Under the pieces are notes generated by a model, which ran no database searches, was not told the DNA's origin, and worked only from the letters and a program-made list of their open reading frames with translations. A stretch of 64,000 bases of DNA from Thermodesulfobacteriota bacterium (GTDB lineage Bacteria > Desulfobacterota > DSM-4660 > Desulfatiglandales > HGW-15): the NCBI GenBank assembly GCA_042573485.1, contig JBHPCX010000003.1, positions 19,306-83,305 on the forward strand, read 5' to 3'. A program made the translations under genes and the position numbers. Positions 57,101 through 64,000 of this stretch are shown here, piece after piece; positions within the stretch are counted from its first letter, which is position 1, and each line of letters begins with the position of its first letter.

Positions 57101-57201
57101 ACGATTTAGGCCTCGATAATTACCAGGGTAAAGGCCCCTATGTAAAAATCAGGCTCAAGTTTGCTGAAGCTCTAATTAATAAAGTATTTAAGAAAAAGTA
57201 A
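51178..57201 (+). CDS. Giant (2007 aa) surface protein: DUF11 repeats, Cna-B/SdrD-B-like domains, and a C-terminal beta-barrel-like region of about 800 aa
   Basis: Signal-like N-terminus and at least five DUF11 units. SdrD-B-like segment (GKVFLDLNKDGIQE...DSNGKFFIPGVRPGTHVL). The C-terminal third shows alternating-hydrophobic beta-hairpin periodicity, ending ...GPYVKIRLKF plus a 12-aa tail. Confidence 0.8.
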   Translation: MIKPLHINNRVKWGCMALLLLVAVFSHMWSYALTPPVSTPIVNRATVSYADANGNLLPEVSATVQTLLSGAPVLTISIISGSDPVAPGEPLTYRIIYQNTGNAPASNVTVEDQLWDFVIFQSASDSGGYNASNHIVEWSLGTVEPGESGELSITVLVKEPDDYPPGDPDVIGPGSLIYNTAVIESDEDTSDDTIVTTVGESSNLEISMNVSSPVVSPGGMLTYTIDYRNIGNRDAAGVSIRNELPSGTAYIEGSLTGEGTLDNREITWYIGEVPAGEQGSVSYEVRVSPIAEAGTVFRNISTISSRDQGVIVSNETITQVSAHASLSVTKLDRPDPVYVGNQITYTILLENEGVIPLTGITVTDIIPDHTTFISADNGGLLTGNILNWNIDYLAPGEEMALELVVQVDFDLAEGDIIENTASAVSNEISIPSETIVTTVSERTPGAVKFYDHEWNRANVYSLGDEICMEVTDFDQNMDPAAAENVNVILASTGNDDSEAVLLAETETNTGVFRNCITSTGDITTENDGFISLSEDSSITVTYTDLLDASSVSLDAALIDPFGIIFDSITGDPVSGTTVILIDTSTNQPADLSASATGLSYDQDSTVITGEDGEYAFRLVPPGSYYLSVEPGTGYTFPSAVSDTDLPDGFVIGTGSRGEIFTLSPGDPPLNLDIPVDPPPGNITVIKTANKTSASIGDIVIYTITISNDKTTAVTNLDIMDILPHGFQYLKNSTMVSGEHQEDPWIESNRTIFWNIDEIDGGESVELTYRTVIGPDSPKGDGENRVTVQGNSAERIIRSNTAKHKIDITEGIFTDKGTIIGKVFLDLNKDGIQESPDENKDSGIKDSKSLNTAEEYGIANVVLFMEDGTRVTTDSNGKFFIPGVRPGTHVLRIDETTLPGHLTPYPSSNRFMGDLSSQFVDMSAGQLYKANFALVGTDDDKNIKPIQNQTQKTDKKRIQGADSEIKSSNEAEPEPGSMEWLTEQSSTKVKGLDILAPLDGEVLPKAATDIIIKVPFDVKLQVWVNDKEIGNDRIGSKIVNNYSKVAVYEYISLPLDPLKSNAIRARVTDPFGNVRGEKEISVSAAGPPFKIDIKPDENRIPADGKYITPVTVTVLDEKGAPAFGVKNVNVSLQLGEILEEDADPVTEGYQIPCRGGVARFNIKSPHETGESDITVSVDSVENSITLFFEPHLRNMIIVGMGEIQLGRGKTNGSDRFLNNTSVEDGTYTKSQGSVFVKGEIFRDILLTASYDSEKEKQEDFFRAADKDLESEARYPVSGDESKLGYEAYSRKKLYMRLEKDKSHVMFGDFHTEFNDSRLSAYTRTFTGLKTEINTDKVKLRGFISDSDQVQVIDEIRGRGVSGYYQLRYMPVVYGSETVTIETRDRYRPDRVINRESVSRWKDYSIDYSLGTLLFKSPVQSYDSNFNPVYIIVSYESETAGEKNYTYGGRGEFSLTDRARLGFTGFIEEKDGDNYSLIGTDLTLNLPGDTVLRAEWARTSSALDERSSMESKEDDAWLFELESRPVRDVDLEAYYKYTGDYFDNISAVDIYRGTTHYGASAIWNPVKDLIVRAQHFDENDRLNDGTYRHTSLGLIKSFEKTRLSLDISREDSDDNYMPTVKRTSRESFDISEETPEDLISVKLGVETELTSDLTLDLGHRQDIAHNNYNLSHAGLKYKITENSRIYLREEYGKFDDRKETRTLLGAETQIGKNSTVYNEYRLENGADGQRNHQVIGLNNKFRLGEKTTGNISVEHLKTLKGVMRNTQPDAYGIAMALEYLPRNRIKLSTRLEYRKEDTETGRQSWLGEIGTAVKLSNDYTLLFKERYFQDDYNQKGMNIASRSIMSLAYRPVRFDRLNAFAKLEYEYEKDSTSITPFKQDTLIASLEGIYQYNRKTQLAGKYASKLIKDGGFSNLMDMISGKIIYDINDRFDFGAEYRLLKSHDADAYKHGGSVEAGYKVVKNVWLTLGYKLDKYSNDLGLDNYQGKGPYVKIRLKFAEALINKVFKKK

Positions 57202-57348
57202 CAGCTGGAGTAGTGTCCCTCTCAGGGATGGTTGAAACTCCTCGCCTTTAGTCGAAGAAATCCGCCAGAGGTGGATATAAGTTTGTAATGTCACGAAGTA
57301 ACTTCTCAATACCCTGTTGTAACCCCGATTAGGTAAAAGCAATAAGTT

Positions 57349-57378
57349 GTGGATTCCGTGGTCAAGCCACGGAATGAC
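57349..57378. repeat. GGATTCC hairpin family copy (half-sites follow at 57391-57402 and 57427-57438)
   Basis: gtggattccgtggtcaagccacggaatgac, then cgcggaatccac and cggggaatccag. Confidence 0.65.
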
Positions 57379-57520
57379 ATAACCTAGCACCGCGGAATCC
57401 ACACTCCCGTCATTCTCCGACTCGATCGGGGAATCCAGATTTTTTGTCTTTTTCAAACGGGACCAAATAGGCGCTATTCCCGATAAAGTATGGCCACAAA
57501 TATTCGAGTAGAAAGATAAA

Positions 57521-57544
57521 ATGGATTCCCGCGCGGGAATGAAG
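57521..57544. repeat. GGATTCCC hairpin family copy (short loop)
   Basis: atggattcccgcgcgggaatgaag. Confidence 0.65.
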
Positions 57545-57658
57545 CCCAACGAGTTTTTCCTGGTATAGTTGATTTTAATCAACTTGGTTTTAAACTCATC
57601 GTCTTACAGGCGAGGGTCGTTTAGTAGAATGCATTCCTGACTTCGTATAGGGGGCCTC

Positions 57659-59800
57659 CTAAAAGGTAAGTCCTGCTCTAAGTCCTACCATTAGAGGCGC
57701 CCCGTTCTCACCCAGAAAACCGGATTGTCCGTTTGGAAATTCAAAGGCAACCGGTATGTAATCTGTATCAAAGAGGTTTTTTGCCCATGCCTCTACAAAC
57801 CAGCCCGAGGTTTTATATCCTGCCCGCAGGTTTACCAGGCTGTGGGAATCCTGTGACGCGGTATTGGCAGTATTATAAAAATATCGGCCGTACCCGGTAA
57901 TTTCAGCCCTTATAAATACACGGGAATCAGGTCCAAGCTCCCATGAATACTGTGTGCCGATACTGGCTGTAAACTCGGGAGTAAAGATAAGGTGATGGTC
58001 GCTTATATTTATTGTGCTGTTTGTCCCGAAGGCATCGGTTTGAATGCTGGCTGTCCCATCGCCGAAACGTGCCCTGTCAAAGCCTATTGATCCGAAGATG
58101 TCCCAGTTACGGACCGGCCTGGCAAAAAGTTCAAGCTCGAACCCGGTGCTTTCGGCATCCCCGACATTTGAGATGTAGTAGGATTGCCCTATGGGCAGGT
58201 TTAGCTGGAGATGATCCCATGAAATATGAAAAAGTGCCAGGTTGACTCTCAACCGGTCCTCCATCCATGATGTCTTGACGCCAATTTCGTAGTTCCAGCT
58301 TGCCGCCTCATCATATGCCTCGCTTCCCGGGGGTGAAACAGGGTTGAATCCTCCTACCCGGTAGCCGCTATTGATACTGCCATAGATCATCCTGCCTGGA
58401 GTTATAACTCGTGTCAGGCTGAGCCGGGGTGAAACTTCGGTAAAATTTCTGTCCGTGTTCAGGGCCGTGGAAGGGGCTATGGCCGGAGTATAAAAGGTCT
58501 GAAGGTCAGCCTCCTTGCCCTCATGATCACAGCGAATGCCCAATGCCAGGTCCCAAACTTCCTGAATAGTGAGAATCCCGTTTAAATAGGCGCCGAAACC
58601 CCTGTCTTCAAGCCGGGCCAGCGGCGATGTCAAAACCAGGGGGAAGGGGATCGCGATGTTATTGACACTGGTTTCACGGTACTCCTGTAGAAAAAAGAGC
58701 GCACCAACCTGCCATGCAAGTTTCATCTGACCGTTCAGAATAATGGGAGAATTCTTTGATGAACTCCACCGGAATTCCTGGCTTAACTGAAGATTCCTGA
58801 TCATCGATTCCCGTGTTAATGCCGGCAGAGGCGAGTAATCAAGATCAGTCGCACTGTGGGTCTCCCACTTGACAAGTCCGCTAATGGAGATAAAATCCAC
58901 ACTGTCACCGCTGTATTCAAGTTCCAGGGTAGGTGCTAAAATGTCGCGATCCGTGTAGCCTTCAAAATCCTGCTGCAGGACGTGAGGATTTCCCCTGAGC
59001 GCGGAAAGGTCGGAAAGCGCGTAATCTCCGTCACGGTCCTGTTCCGTGAACAGGATGATACGTGCGGACCAGTTATCGGCGGGGAGCCACAACAGTTGAA
59101 GCTTGCTTGAGAAAGATTCACGGCTGTCCAGGTCCTTTCCGGTTATGAGATTGTCACTGTAACCGTCACGGGAGGAATACCCCACTGCTAAACTTAATCC
59201 CAGTTTTTCCCGGTTGAGGGGACCGCTTATCCTGAATTTTCCCTTAAAAAGGTTGTAGCTCCCGTACTCTCCTTCCATGGCATATTCCAGCCGGGAAAGA
59301 TTAGGATTTCTGCTCAGGATATGGATAACACCTCCCACAGTGTTTCGGCCGTAAAGCATGCCCTGGGCGCCCCGGAGAAACTCAACCTGTGTTACGTCAA
59401 GGAGTTCAACGTTTGCCGAGTAGCCGTGCAGCTGGGGCACTCCGTCAATATATGTTGTTACGGCCGGGTTATTGGGCCCTGACCCGATTCCTCTAAAATA
59501 GGGCTGGCTCAGTATCCGCTCTGTGAACTCAACCATGTTAACATTCGGTACATACAGGGCCGCGTCGCCGATCAGGCTTATTCCCGCACTCTCCATTGCG
59601 TAGCTGTCAAAGGCACTTACACTGGAAGGGGTTTCATGGGCAGGTGCAGGGTTCCTGGTCGCGACAACAACAATGTCGTCAAGATGAAATACCGATTCAT
59701 CCTCCAGAGCAGAGGCAGAGGGCAAAATCATAAATATAATAATAGTTGTTACCAACGCTGTTATGTTTATTTTCTTTAATAAATCAACTGTTGTTCTCAC
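57659..59800 (-). CDS. TonB-dependent outer-membrane receptor
   Basis: Signal peptide, TonB-box/plug region (DDIVVVATRNP ... FLRGAQGMLYGRNTVGGVI), about 713 aa, terminal ...GLRAGLTF. Confidence 0.9.
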   Translation of the reverse strand: MRTTVDLLKKINITALVTTIIIFMILPSASALEDESVFHLDDIVVVATRNPAPAHETPSSVSAFDSYAMESAGISLIGDAALYVPNVNMVEFTERILSQPYFRGIGSGPNNPAVTTYIDGVPQLHGYSANVELLDVTQVEFLRGAQGMLYGRNTVGGVIHILSRNPNLSRLEYAMEGEYGSYNLFKGKFRISGPLNREKLGLSLAVGYSSRDGYSDNLITGKDLDSRESFSSKLQLLWLPADNWSARIILFTEQDRDGDYALSDLSALRGNPHVLQQDFEGYTDRDILAPTLELEYSGDSVDFISISGLVKWETHSATDLDYSPLPALTRESMIRNLQLSQEFRWSSSKNSPIILNGQMKLAWQVGALFFLQEYRETSVNNIAIPFPLVLTSPLARLEDRGFGAYLNGILTIQEVWDLALGIRCDHEGKEADLQTFYTPAIAPSTALNTDRNFTEVSPRLSLTRVITPGRMIYGSINSGYRVGGFNPVSPPGSEAYDEAASWNYEIGVKTSWMEDRLRVNLALFHISWDHLQLNLPIGQSYYISNVGDAESTGFELELFARPVRNWDIFGSIGFDRARFGDGTASIQTDAFGTNSTINISDHHLIFTPEFTASIGTQYSWELGPDSRVFIRAEITGYGRYFYNTANTASQDSHSLVNLRAGYKTSGWFVEAWAKNLFDTDYIPVAFEFPNGQSGFLGENGAPLMVGLRAGLTF

Positions 59801-59844
59801 GGATAAGTTCTCCTGTATTCAGGTACGAGTACGCGCAAAATAAA

Positions 59845-59871
59845 ATGGATTCCCGCCTTCGCGGGAATGAC
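59845..59871. repeat. GGATTCCC hairpin family copy
   Basis: atggattcccgccttcgcgggaatgac, identical to 8991-9017. Confidence 0.75.
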
Positions 59872-59934
59872 GGGGGTATGAATTTCGGGATTAGCCATTC
59901 CGTACTTTATACATAATAGCTAAATCGCAAAGTA

Positions 59935-60018
59935 ATGGATTCCGCGGTCAAGCCGCGGAATGACTTTCTTTGACCATTTTCGTTTATTCGTAATTCCGCG
60001 GCTTGACCGCGGAATCCA
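59935..60018. repeat. Two GGATTCC hairpin copies in opposite orientation
   Basis: atggattccgcggtcaagccgcggaatgac (59935-59964) and attccgcggcttgaccgcggaatccag (59992-60018). Confidence 0.7.
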
Positions 60019-60209
60019 GAGAGATCTTTTTTGTATTATTAAATGATGATCTTCCTGTAAATGTCCTTAGAAACTATCAATGCTCCGTTAGTTTTAAATT
60101 TTTTAATTAAATATTGAAATACTATCCCAACTGATTTTGGATACCTGCGATATCCTATTAATTCTTCTAATATAAAAACGCAATTTTTATTTTCAAGCTA
60201 ATATAGTGC

Positions 60210-61766
60210 CTACTTAAAAGCCAGTGCTCCTGTTGGGCATGATTTAACCACTTCACCGGCTGTTTTTGTAAGACCTTCTTTAATGGATTTATCAAAGGGG
60301 ACAGACACCTTAACATCAAATCCCCTGCCTATGAATGTCAGGCCAAGATTTTCCTTTTGCTGTTCTGTTATCCGCACACAGATTCCGCAGTTGATACACT
60401 TTCCCGGTTCATATACCAGGTCAGGATGTTCATCCCTGAGAACAAATGCCCGTCTTTTTCCCCGGTACCGCCTGGCATTGGCCCCGTATTCTCCCGCGAA
60501 TATGCGCAGCCTGCATGATGCCGGCTTCCGGCAATCACAATGAAGACAATATTGAGCCTCGCTTGATGCCTGCTCAATGTCAGGTGTCCCGTTGGAATCG
60601 ATGGTTTGATTTTTATCGCGGTCCTTTGCAGAATCTTTAAATTGTGCCATCTCCTCCGGTTCGATTTTTCCCATGCGCGTGTTAAAGGGCCGGCTGGTAG
60701 CCGTAACAGCGTCATCCTTTAAAAACTGTAAAATAGAGGCCGCGGCTTTTTTGCCGTCTGCCAGTGAACGTACTGCCAGTTTTAATCCTTTGCGCACGTC
60801 CCCTCCGGCAAATACACCGGGAATATCTGTCTCGAAGGTGTTCTGATTTACTTTCAGTTTATCCTGGTCCTTATCGAATCCAAGCATCTCAAGGTCCCCG
60901 GGAGAGGGTTTCCCCGTGCCCAGGAATACAGCATCAAAGTCCTTCAATAAATCTTCAAGGGAAATATCTCTTCCAACATGTACCTGCTGCTTAAATAGAA
61001 CACCGAGACGACGGATCTGTTCAATTTCGTCATCCAGGACTGACCGGGGCAGCTCCTGCTCGGAAACACCATAGCGCAGCATTCCTCCCGGTTCTTCCCG
61101 GCCATCAAAAACAGTGCACAGGATACCTTCCCTTATAAGATAATATGCGGCAGCTAAGCCGGCCGGTCCCGCGCCTATAATCGCCGTCTTTTTGTTGAGG
61201 TCCGGTGAAACAGAGGGTTTGTATGGCGAGTTTTCAGCCAGGTCCAGCTCAGCCGCGCAGCGCTTTATCAGGCGAATTGATAAAGGTTCATCAACCTGTC
61301 CTCTCCGGCAGGCCTTTTCACAGGGGGCGGGGCAGATATATCCGGTAACAGCAGGCAGAGCAATATGCTCCCTGATAATTTCAATGGCCCTGTCATAGCG
61401 CCCTGCAGCCATTTGACGGAGCATTTCAGGAATATCCATACCTGCCGGGCAGGCGACCTGGCAGGGGCCCATGCAGTCACCAGCATGATCGCTCAGCAGC
61501 AGCTCAAGCGCCGTGCATCGGGCCGAGGTTACATCCGGATCATCATTGATTACTGCCATCCCTTCCTCTACCCCGGTAGCGCAGGCAGGAACAAGGTTTT
61601 TACGTCCTTCCACCCTGACTACACAGAGCATGCAGCTCGTAATGGGCAGAGTATCCTTTATATAACAAAGCGTAGGAATTTTAATGCCGAGCTCCCTCGC
61701 TGCCTCAAGGACGGTTGTACCTTCGGGTACCTGGATGGATTTTCCGTCTATGGTTAGGTTAATCAT
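60210..61766 (-). CDS. Iron-sulfur flavoprotein: N-terminal 2Fe-2S (NuoG/HydA-N-like) fused to a GltD/NfnB-like NAD(P)H:FAD domain, with C-terminal 4Fe-4S motifs
   Basis: The N-terminus MINLTIDGKSIQVPEGTTVLEAARELGIKIPTLCY; dinucleotide fold IIGAGPAGLAAAYYL; C-terminal KCINCGICV. Confidence 0.8.
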   Translation of the reverse strand: MINLTIDGKSIQVPEGTTVLEAARELGIKIPTLCYIKDTLPITSCMLCVVRVEGRKNLVPACATGVEEGMAVINDDPDVTSARCTALELLLSDHAGDCMGPCQVACPAGMDIPEMLRQMAAGRYDRAIEIIREHIALPAVTGYICPAPCEKACRRGQVDEPLSIRLIKRCAAELDLAENSPYKPSVSPDLNKKTAIIGAGPAGLAAAYYLIREGILCTVFDGREEPGGMLRYGVSEQELPRSVLDDEIEQIRRLGVLFKQQVHVGRDISLEDLLKDFDAVFLGTGKPSPGDLEMLGFDKDQDKLKVNQNTFETDIPGVFAGGDVRKGLKLAVRSLADGKKAAASILQFLKDDAVTATSRPFNTRMGKIEPEEMAQFKDSAKDRDKNQTIDSNGTPDIEQASSEAQYCLHCDCRKPASCRLRIFAGEYGANARRYRGKRRAFVLRDEHPDLVYEPGKCINCGICVRITEQQKENLGLTFIGRGFDVKVSVPFDKSIKEGLTKTAGEVVKSCPTGALAFK

Positions 61767-61859
61767 TAAATATATTCCAAATCCTGTTTTAATGTTTAGT
61801 TCACTCTGTTAAATAACTTGCGGGTTGTGTTCATCATTCAAAATTCAAGATTAAAAATA

Positions 61860-61944
61860 CAGACTGAAGCATTTTAGACTAAAGGCTATTAGCAAAAGAG
61901 GTTTTAGATTTACCTAATAGTCTTCAGCCTTCAGCCTAATAGAC
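61860..61944. repeat. AGGCT-palindrome family copy 9
   Basis: cagactgaagcattttagactaaaggctattagcaaaag ... cctaatagtcttcagccttcagcctaatagac. Confidence 0.75.
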
Positions 61945-64000
61945 TTATTCTACTATTACGGCCTTCTCCGGACACACACCTTTGCATGATCCGCAGCGTA
62001 TACACTTATCCTTGTCAATCTCATGTTTTTCATAGGGCTTAAAGGCGATTGCACCCGCGGGGCAGTGCTGGGCACAGACAGTACAGCCGATACATTCATC
62101 GGTAATCCTGTATTCTATAAGCGCCTTACACCTGCCTGCAGGACAGCGTCCCGCGATATGGGCCTCATATTCCTCGTGAAAATAGGTCAGGGTTGACAAT
62201 ACAGGGTTTGGTGCTGTTCCTCCAAGCTGGCAGAGACTTCCCTCTTTGATCTGATGACCCAGCTTTTCCAGTTGATCGAGATCTTCCCGCTTTCCTTCTC
62301 CATTACAGATCCGGTGCAGGATCTCAAGCATGCGGCGCGTCCCGATCCTGCAAAAGGTGCATTTTCCACAGGACTGATTCTGGGTAAATTCCAGGAAGTA
62401 TCTCGCGATATCCACCATGCAATCGTTTTCATCCAGGACCACCAGCCCTCCGGATCCCATGATGGCGCCGGCCTTCGTGAGTGATTCATAATCAATCGGA
62501 ATATCCGACAGGCGGGCAGGCACACACCCCCCGCTTGGCCCTCCGATCTGTATGGCTTTGAACTTCAGGCCTCCGGCAATACCGCCCCCTATTTCTTCCA
62601 CCACCTGCCGCAGGGTCACTCCCATGGGCACTTCAATCAAACCGCCCCGTGCTATCTTGCCGGCCAGGGAAAACACCTTTGTCCCCTTGCTGTTTTCCGT
62701 CCCCATTTCGGAAAAGGCGGCACCGCCATGCCGTATTATCCATGGTACAAGGGAATATGTTTCCACGTTGTTGATAAGTGTAGGCTTTCCCCATAATCCC
62801 TGCCGGGCGGGATAAGGCGGGCGCAGGCGGGGCATTCCTCTCTGCCCCATGATACTTGCGAGAAGGGCCGTTTCTTCACCGCACACAAAGGCACCGGCAC
62901 CGGCAACAATTTGAAAATCAATGGACCAGCCGCTGTCACAGATATTTTCACCGAGGAATCCCCGGGCCCGGCATTGCTTCATGGCCTGTGTCACGCGTTC
63001 AATGGCCAGGGGATATTCCGCGCGGATGTAAAGGTAGCCCCGGACAGCACCCACGGCACGGGCCGCGATAATCATGCCTTCCAGTACCCGGAAGGGATAT
63101 GACTCCATTAGCATCCGGTCCATAAACGCACCGGGATCGCCCTCATCCCCGTTTAAGACAATGTAGCGTTCACTGTCCGGCTGGTCACGGACTGTCTGCC
63201 ATTTCAAAAAGGTTGGAAAGCCTGCGCCTCCCCTTCCCTTAAGACCGCTGGCCTCAATTTCAGAGATAATTTCATTCTCACTGTATTCCGTCACTGCCTT
63301 TCGAAGGCCCTGGAAACCCCCGGAATCAATATATTCATCAATATTTGTAGGACTGATACTGCCGCAGTGCTCCGTGGCAATGTTCTGCTGGCGTCCCAGA
63401 AAATCGGCCACATGCTTTTCACGCTTATCTATGGCATAGCGGGGAATGGATGAAGGTTCTCCAGCGTTGAGTATTGTATCCAGGCCTTTGGAAATCATCG
63501 GGATAAGTCTTCCGGTAAGTCCCTTCGGCCTGAAGTGTTTCAAAAGAATTTCCTCCGCGTCTTCAGGCCGGACGCCCGCGTAGAGATAGCGGCTGCCGCC
63601 TGGAAGCAGGATTTCCATGAGAGGCGTCTGGTAACACATGCCGACACACCCTACATGTTTGATTGCAGCAGGTATACCGGTTTTATCAATCACCTGCTCA
63701 ATGGCCTGTTTCAGGTAGCCGCTTCCCCTGGCCTGGCAGCAGGAACCGAGCCCTACCCTGATTTCTCCCCTGTCCGCGGCCGGTATGTCGGGGGATTTAC
63801 CGGCTTTAACACCCCGCTTCTTCCGGGCCCTGTGATAGGATAGAAAATTATTGATAGTTTTTCCCACCGAATCAGGTGAAAGATGGCCGTATATGACGTC
63901 ATCGATCTGTACAACCGGCGCCAGTGTGCAGCATCCCAGGCAGGCCACGGGCTCGATGGTAAAGAGGCCGCCAGGATCCGTATCGCCTTTTTCGGGAATT
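61945..64000 (-). CDS. NuoF/HydB-like NADH-binding FMN iron-sulfur flavoprotein with fused NuoE-like N-terminal part and C-terminal 2x[4Fe-4S]; 5' end beyond window
   Basis: GRGGAGFPTFLKW (FMN/NADH site), SCGKCTFCRIGT (N3-type cluster), and C-terminal CIGCTVCAQHCP and CIRCGSCKGVCP. The frame stays open to position 64000 (…IPEKGDTDPGGLFTIEPVACLGCCTLAPV is the end of a NuoE-like domain), so the ORF-track start at 63948 is not the real start. Confidence 0.85.
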   Translation of the reverse strand, partial: IPEKGDTDPGGLFTIEPVACLGCCTLAPVVQIDDVIYGHLSPDSVGKTINNFLSYHRARKKRGVKAGKSPDIPAADRGEIRVGLGSCCQARGSGYLKQAIEQVIDKTGIPAAIKHVGCVGMCYQTPLMEILLPGGSRYLYAGVRPEDAEEILLKHFRPKGLTGRLIPMISKGLDTILNAGEPSSIPRYAIDKREKHVADFLGRQQNIATEHCGSISPTNIDEYIDSGGFQGLRKAVTEYSENEIISEIEASGLKGRGGAGFPTFLKWQTVRDQPDSERYIVLNGDEGDPGAFMDRMLMESYPFRVLEGMIIAARAVGAVRGYLYIRAEYPLAIERVTQAMKQCRARGFLGENICDSGWSIDFQIVAGAGAFVCGEETALLASIMGQRGMPRLRPPYPARQGLWGKPTLINNVETYSLVPWIIRHGGAAFSEMGTENSKGTKVFSLAGKIARGGLIEVPMGVTLRQVVEEIGGGIAGGLKFKAIQIGGPSGGCVPARLSDIPIDYESLTKAGAIMGSGGLVVLDENDCMVDIARYFLEFTQNQSCGKCTFCRIGTRRMLEILHRICNGEGKREDLDQLEKLGHQIKEGSLCQLGGTAPNPVLSTLTYFHEEYEAHIAGRCPAGRCKALIEYRITDECIGCTVCAQHCPAGAIAFKPYEKHEIDKDKCIRCGSCKGVCPEKAVIVE

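Overview
This 64-kb chromosomal window has gene content that looks like an anaerobic Desulfobacterota-type (deltaproteobacterial) genome; that placement is inference only. Most of it is housekeeping and transport: a PAS-GGDEF cyclase, an orphan molybdo-hydroxylase large subunit, an AprAB-like flavoprotein plus ferredoxin, Liv-type and Dpp/Opp-type ABC importers, pfkA, gluconokinase plus 6PGDH, a GPH symporter, alkaline phosphatase, a TonB-dependent receptor and a NuoEF-like/GltD-like flavoprotein pair. There is also a 10-kb cluster of four DUF11-repeat surface proteins, ending in a 2007-aa giant with a C-terminal beta-barrel-like region. Main hunt result: five genes are each interrupted by one in-frame TGA, followed 17-20 nt later by a hairpin with GU in its loop (SECIS-like). 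They are best read as selenoproteins that the ORF track splits in two. Three are paralogous U-x-x-C proteins (1..965, 34592..36289, 36461..38113), and two of these head a Dpp/Opp permease/ATPase operon. One is a DUF1573 protein with S-U-G-C-T where the family has SCGCT, in an operon with a YeeE/YedE channel (41644..42390). One is an Asp-box beta-propeller with a U-C dyad (42782..43675). All five carry N-terminal signal peptides or lipoboxes, so together they form a predicted exported set of Sec-Cys redox proteins. Second theme: nearly every intergenic region is assembled from a few repeat families (CAAT-period tracts, ~90-160 bp AGGCT palindromes, GGATTCCC hairpins, other 5-8 nt period tracts). 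Some of these supply stop codons or C-terminal tails. A decayed integron-integrase-like fragment and a truncated paralog lie between the selenoprotein loci. I saw no rRNA, tRNA or CRISPR array. No database search was possible, so all family names come from motif recognition.
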